A stretch of DNA of 64,000 nucleotides from Bacilli bacterium. Lineage in GTDB: Bacteria; Bacillota; Bacilli; Alicyclobacillales; SLC66. Position numbers and translations under genes: made by a program. The notes under the pieces are model-generated. The model saw nothing but the letters and a program-made list of their open reading frames with translations. It was not told the origin of the DNA and did no database searches. Below, piece by piece: positions 61,125-64,000 of this stretch. The stretch is from the NCBI GenBank assembly GCA_013044175.1, contig JABEUY010000055.1:30228-94227 (forward strand). The letters are read 5' to 3'. Position 1 is the stretch's first letter; every line of letters starts with the position of its first letter.

Positions 61125-62408
61125 CGTTCATAGCCCCCTGATTTCCATTTATTTTTGTCTACAAACCTATCCTACTGCATAGCAAAACCCCTGTCAACCC
61201 GCGCCAGCACTGCAAACAGGGCGACAAGTTTCCAATTATCAAGCGCACCGAAACTGGAAGTTTTCAAAGGATATGACCCAATCTTTGAAGTGTTTCAACG
61301 TTTGACGATGATTCTTTGAAAGTTTCAAGGATTACGAGGTTTTTGTTGAAATGAATCTGTGTGGTATGCTGTCCATGAGCATAGGTACTGGAAATAATGA
61401 TAGCCCCAGACTCAAAAATAAATTTTTTGGGCAGCCTGAATGCCTCTTGCGACTCTCCGCCTTCAAAGCGGAGACTGTATTTTCCAGTAGAGCAGGAAGT
61501 CCCTACTGCCTCAATGCCTCCGAATCGGTTCGAGCACCCGGCTTGGGCAATCATCTGCCGCCCACGCCCGCAACGCTTCTAGGGGCATCCTCGCGCACGA
61601 GGGATGCCCTACAGCCCCAAACCCGCATTCTTATAAACGCTCAAAAATCAGCCATTTCGATTTTAAGGCATCTAGCAGCCTCGTAGAACGTTTTGACCTT
61701 CGTTCTGCGACTAACTATCACGGGCTTGTTTCAAATCGTTCTGGAGGCATCCTGTGAGGTCATGGGGGTATGCGGTGAGGTCAGGATGGGGGTGACGTGG
61801 TTGGCTTGGGAAGGTATCGATGGCATAGAATCCCATAGAAGGTTCATATTTAGGGTGTAGGTCCAGCCTTAACGCCAAAGTCCAGAGTACGTCCAGGTTT
61901 TTCCCGACCATTTTGTCAGTGCTGACGCGGCTTCACCCATACGTCCAATATATATTCAATTTGCTACTATGAAAGAAGAAAGAGAAGAGTGGTATTATAG
62001 TATAGGAATTAGGCATCGTTGGACGCAGGACGTAAAACCCTTCAACCCGCGCCACTATTGCGAGGAGACCCTTTTCAGTCTTGGACGTAAGCCCTCAACC
62101 TTGGACGTAAACATGGCAAGTCTGCACTACAGATTCCAAATGCTAGGACGGACTAGTATACAGTTTCCATCTACTAGATTGTAGGGTATGGAACCATGTA
62201 CTGGCTTTCTATCCTAAATATTATGACGGACTAGTATACAGTTTCCATATCCTAGATTGTAGGCTATGTAACTAAAGCTGTCCTACTAATACCAAATGCT
62301 AGGACGGACTAGTCTACAGTTTCCAGTTTTCAGAGGTGTTATGTACGAGATTTAGGCATGAAAAAGCCCCTTCTGCACCGGGCAGAGGGGGTGGGGGCGG
62401 GGAGGTAG
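61125..62408. repeat. noncoding origin-like region B (diverged inverted paralog of 21057..22380)
   Basis: On the reverse complement the order of parts matches region A: terminator; three 33-35-mers exactly 78 bp apart (62136..62168, 62212..62246, 62292..62324); a GGACGT/ACGTCC cluster; an AT-rich dyad; a TTGACA-17-TAGGAT promoter. Confidence 0.7.
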
Positions 62409-63932
62409 TTAGGAAATAGCTGTGATGGAATAAGGATAGGGGCGATCCTTCTTTTGCTTGTAATATTCCATCATGTTAAGTTTTACTACCTTTATCTCAT
62501 CTTTCGAAGCACTATTCTCTTTCACTATTTCCTTTGTCTGACACAAGGCAAGACCTGTATCGGTGATGCCCACGCCACACCAAACGTGTTCGCGGTCCGA
62601 GCCAGTCCCCGGACGTTTTTCCGACACTGCACCCTTTGTCAAATCCTTTAATTTAGCTGTAATTTTTACGGTAGAGATGGGTTTTCTACCTTCTTGTTCT
62701 GCGTATAGGTTCAAAACTTCCTGAAAAAACCATTTAGGGATGCTAAGGTCGGAATCACCGAGGCTGAAAATCTGATCCGCTAGAGCCTGCGACAACAGAT
62801 CGTTTTGCCCTTGATAAGTTGCAGTCAGCTGCTTCATTTCCTCACTTGGCTTGATTGCTTTACCAGCTAGAACCCAATACGTACTTATCGCCAAATATGC
62901 AAGATACGACAGCGCGGCAGGGGTGGTCAGTTTTTGCAGCAGTGACGTGTCCCTTTCTTCCTCGGATATAATTTGCATAAATGGAAATATCAACATACGA
63001 CGATAGAAGCCATGCGTATTGTCCGCTGTGCTTGGTAATTCGTTCACCGAAAACCACATTTTTACCTTTGTGGAAACAAGCTCACGAGCCTTGAATTTTT
63101 GCTCAATTTCGATGTTATCACCACCAGAGACAGCCTTCAAAATGTCAGTTGTGGTAAGGCGTTCTGCACTCATATCTCCAACAATGTTGACCGCCGATTT
63201 GACCAACGACGAAGCGGCGAAGCGGTTGGTCGCGAGGCTTGACAGACTAACAGAACTGGCATATCCTTCAAACAGTTTGTGCAGGACTTGCAAGAATACC
63301 GATTTGCCGTTAGAGCCGAAACCATATAATAGAGCCACGTGTTGGTCTGAACGGTCAGCCCTTGCTAATGAGTGCCCAAGGTATTGTAGCAGTACCGTAA
63401 GTGTGTCCGTGTCAGGGACTACACGAGTTAAAAACTTTTTGACCTCTATTTTTGCTTCCTCCGCATCTTCGAGACTGGGTGTACCTGCCGCCCAGTCGTG
63501 CCATTGGGCGTTCACACCCCAGTCACAAGATATGCGCCTATAATGTGGACCGAGCACATGCTCGTCGAGATTCAGAACACCATTTTGAAAGGGTATTAGT
63601 GGGTCGCTGTTCCACTCTCCATCCTTGGCAGACTTCGGTCTGACCTGAATAAGCAGGATTGCATAAGCATCCTCGATATTTTTGAGCGTAGCCTTGCGCA
63701 TGAAAGCCAAAGTCTGCCTGATGAAATCTTTAAGTTTATCCTCTGCGTCAACAAAATAGCGACCATCAAAGGCGTAAATCGTGTCGAATCTTAACTGCAA
63801 GGAGTGTGAGCAAACGACTACCGTAACATATGCCGCAAGATCAAATTTCGGATTACCTGCATCATCTGGTAAGAGACACTCGCTTTTCCACATTTTCACC
63901 CATTCTAATGGAGTGACCATGCCAAAAGGCAA
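62409..63932 (-). CDS. P4-family phage/plasmid primase C-terminal / D5-like SF3 helicase
   Basis: LLYGFGSNGKSVFLQVL Walker A preceded by a D5_N-like region. 507 aa. Confidence 0.75.
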   Translation of the reverse strand: MPFGMVTPLEWVKMWKSECLLPDDAGNPKFDLAAYVTVVVCSHSLQLRFDTIYAFDGRYFVDAEDKLKDFIRQTLAFMRKATLKNIEDAYAILLIQVRPKSAKDGEWNSDPLIPFQNGVLNLDEHVLGPHYRRISCDWGVNAQWHDWAAGTPSLEDAEEAKIEVKKFLTRVVPDTDTLTVLLQYLGHSLARADRSDQHVALLYGFGSNGKSVFLQVLHKLFEGYASSVSLSSLATNRFAASSLVKSAVNIVGDMSAERLTTTDILKAVSGGDNIEIEQKFKARELVSTKVKMWFSVNELPSTADNTHGFYRRMLIFPFMQIISEEERDTSLLQKLTTPAALSYLAYLAISTYWVLAGKAIKPSEEMKQLTATYQGQNDLLSQALADQIFSLGDSDLSIPKWFFQEVLNLYAEQEGRKPISTVKITAKLKDLTKGAVSEKRPGTGSDREHVWCGVGITDTGLALCQTKEIVKENSASKDEIKVVKLNMMEYYKQKKDRPYPYSITAIS

Positions 63933-64000
63933 ACGTACAACCTCATATGTGTATATTATTCCGTGATTTTCCTCGTCTTGTGTCTCCGTACATGGTATAA

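Larger units (their letters stand above)
7747..64000. mobile_element. integrated conjugative element / integrated plasmid (left end near tRNA-Pro; right end beyond window)
   Basis: Abrupt GC rise after the tRNA terminator. Contains an integrase adjacent to a tRNA, T4SS and Tad genes, a primase-helicase, iterons and its own element-specific intergenic motif. Confidence 0.75.

Overview
All calls are by eye from the sequence and the ORF track. No searches were run, and hand-counted coordinates may be off by 1-2 nt.

Bases 1-7.7 kb are visibly lower-GC chromosomal backbone of a Gram-positive (Bacillota-like) genome. It holds a 5'-nucleotidase fragment, a membrane protein, a PAS-GGDEF cyclase, an LmbE/PIG-L deacetylase, a GPH/MFS transporter, tRNA-Tyr, a TagO/WecA-like transferase and a six-tRNA operon (Trp-His-Gln-Lys-Leu-Pro).

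From about 7.75 kb to the window end lies a higher-GC integrated conjugative element or integrated plasmid. Its right end is not in the window. In order, it contains:
- a tyrosine integrase next to tRNA-Pro;
- a lead region: DnaN-like clamp, sigma-region-4 protein, mini site-2-protease, SWIM-amidoligase fusion, HU, XRE regulators and secreted proteins;
- a 1.3 kb noncoding origin-like region, with a diverged inverted paralog at 61.1-62.4 kb;
- an SNF2 helicase;
- a long same-strand gene train that interleaves a complete Tad/Flp pilus set with a Gram-positive-type T4SS core. The Tad set includes a CpaF ATPase split by a LAGLIDADG intein in its P-loop. The T4SS core is VirB4, a VirB6-like protein, an SLT hydrolase and a coupling-protein-like ATPase;
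- a ParM-like ATPase, an EAL phosphodiesterase, a serine recombinase and a NERD protein;
- a low-GC cargo island: group II intron fragments, a two-m5C-methylase R-M-like cassette, an IS66 remnant and secreted proteins;
- iteron arrays and a P4-type primase-helicase.

The most striking signal is a ~45-nt module repeated at 18 or more stop-to-start junctions of the element. It consists of a TTGTCC(C/T)AC box, a hairpin that sequesters the Shine-Dalgarno sequence, a U-tract and then the start codon. I do not recognise it as a described element.
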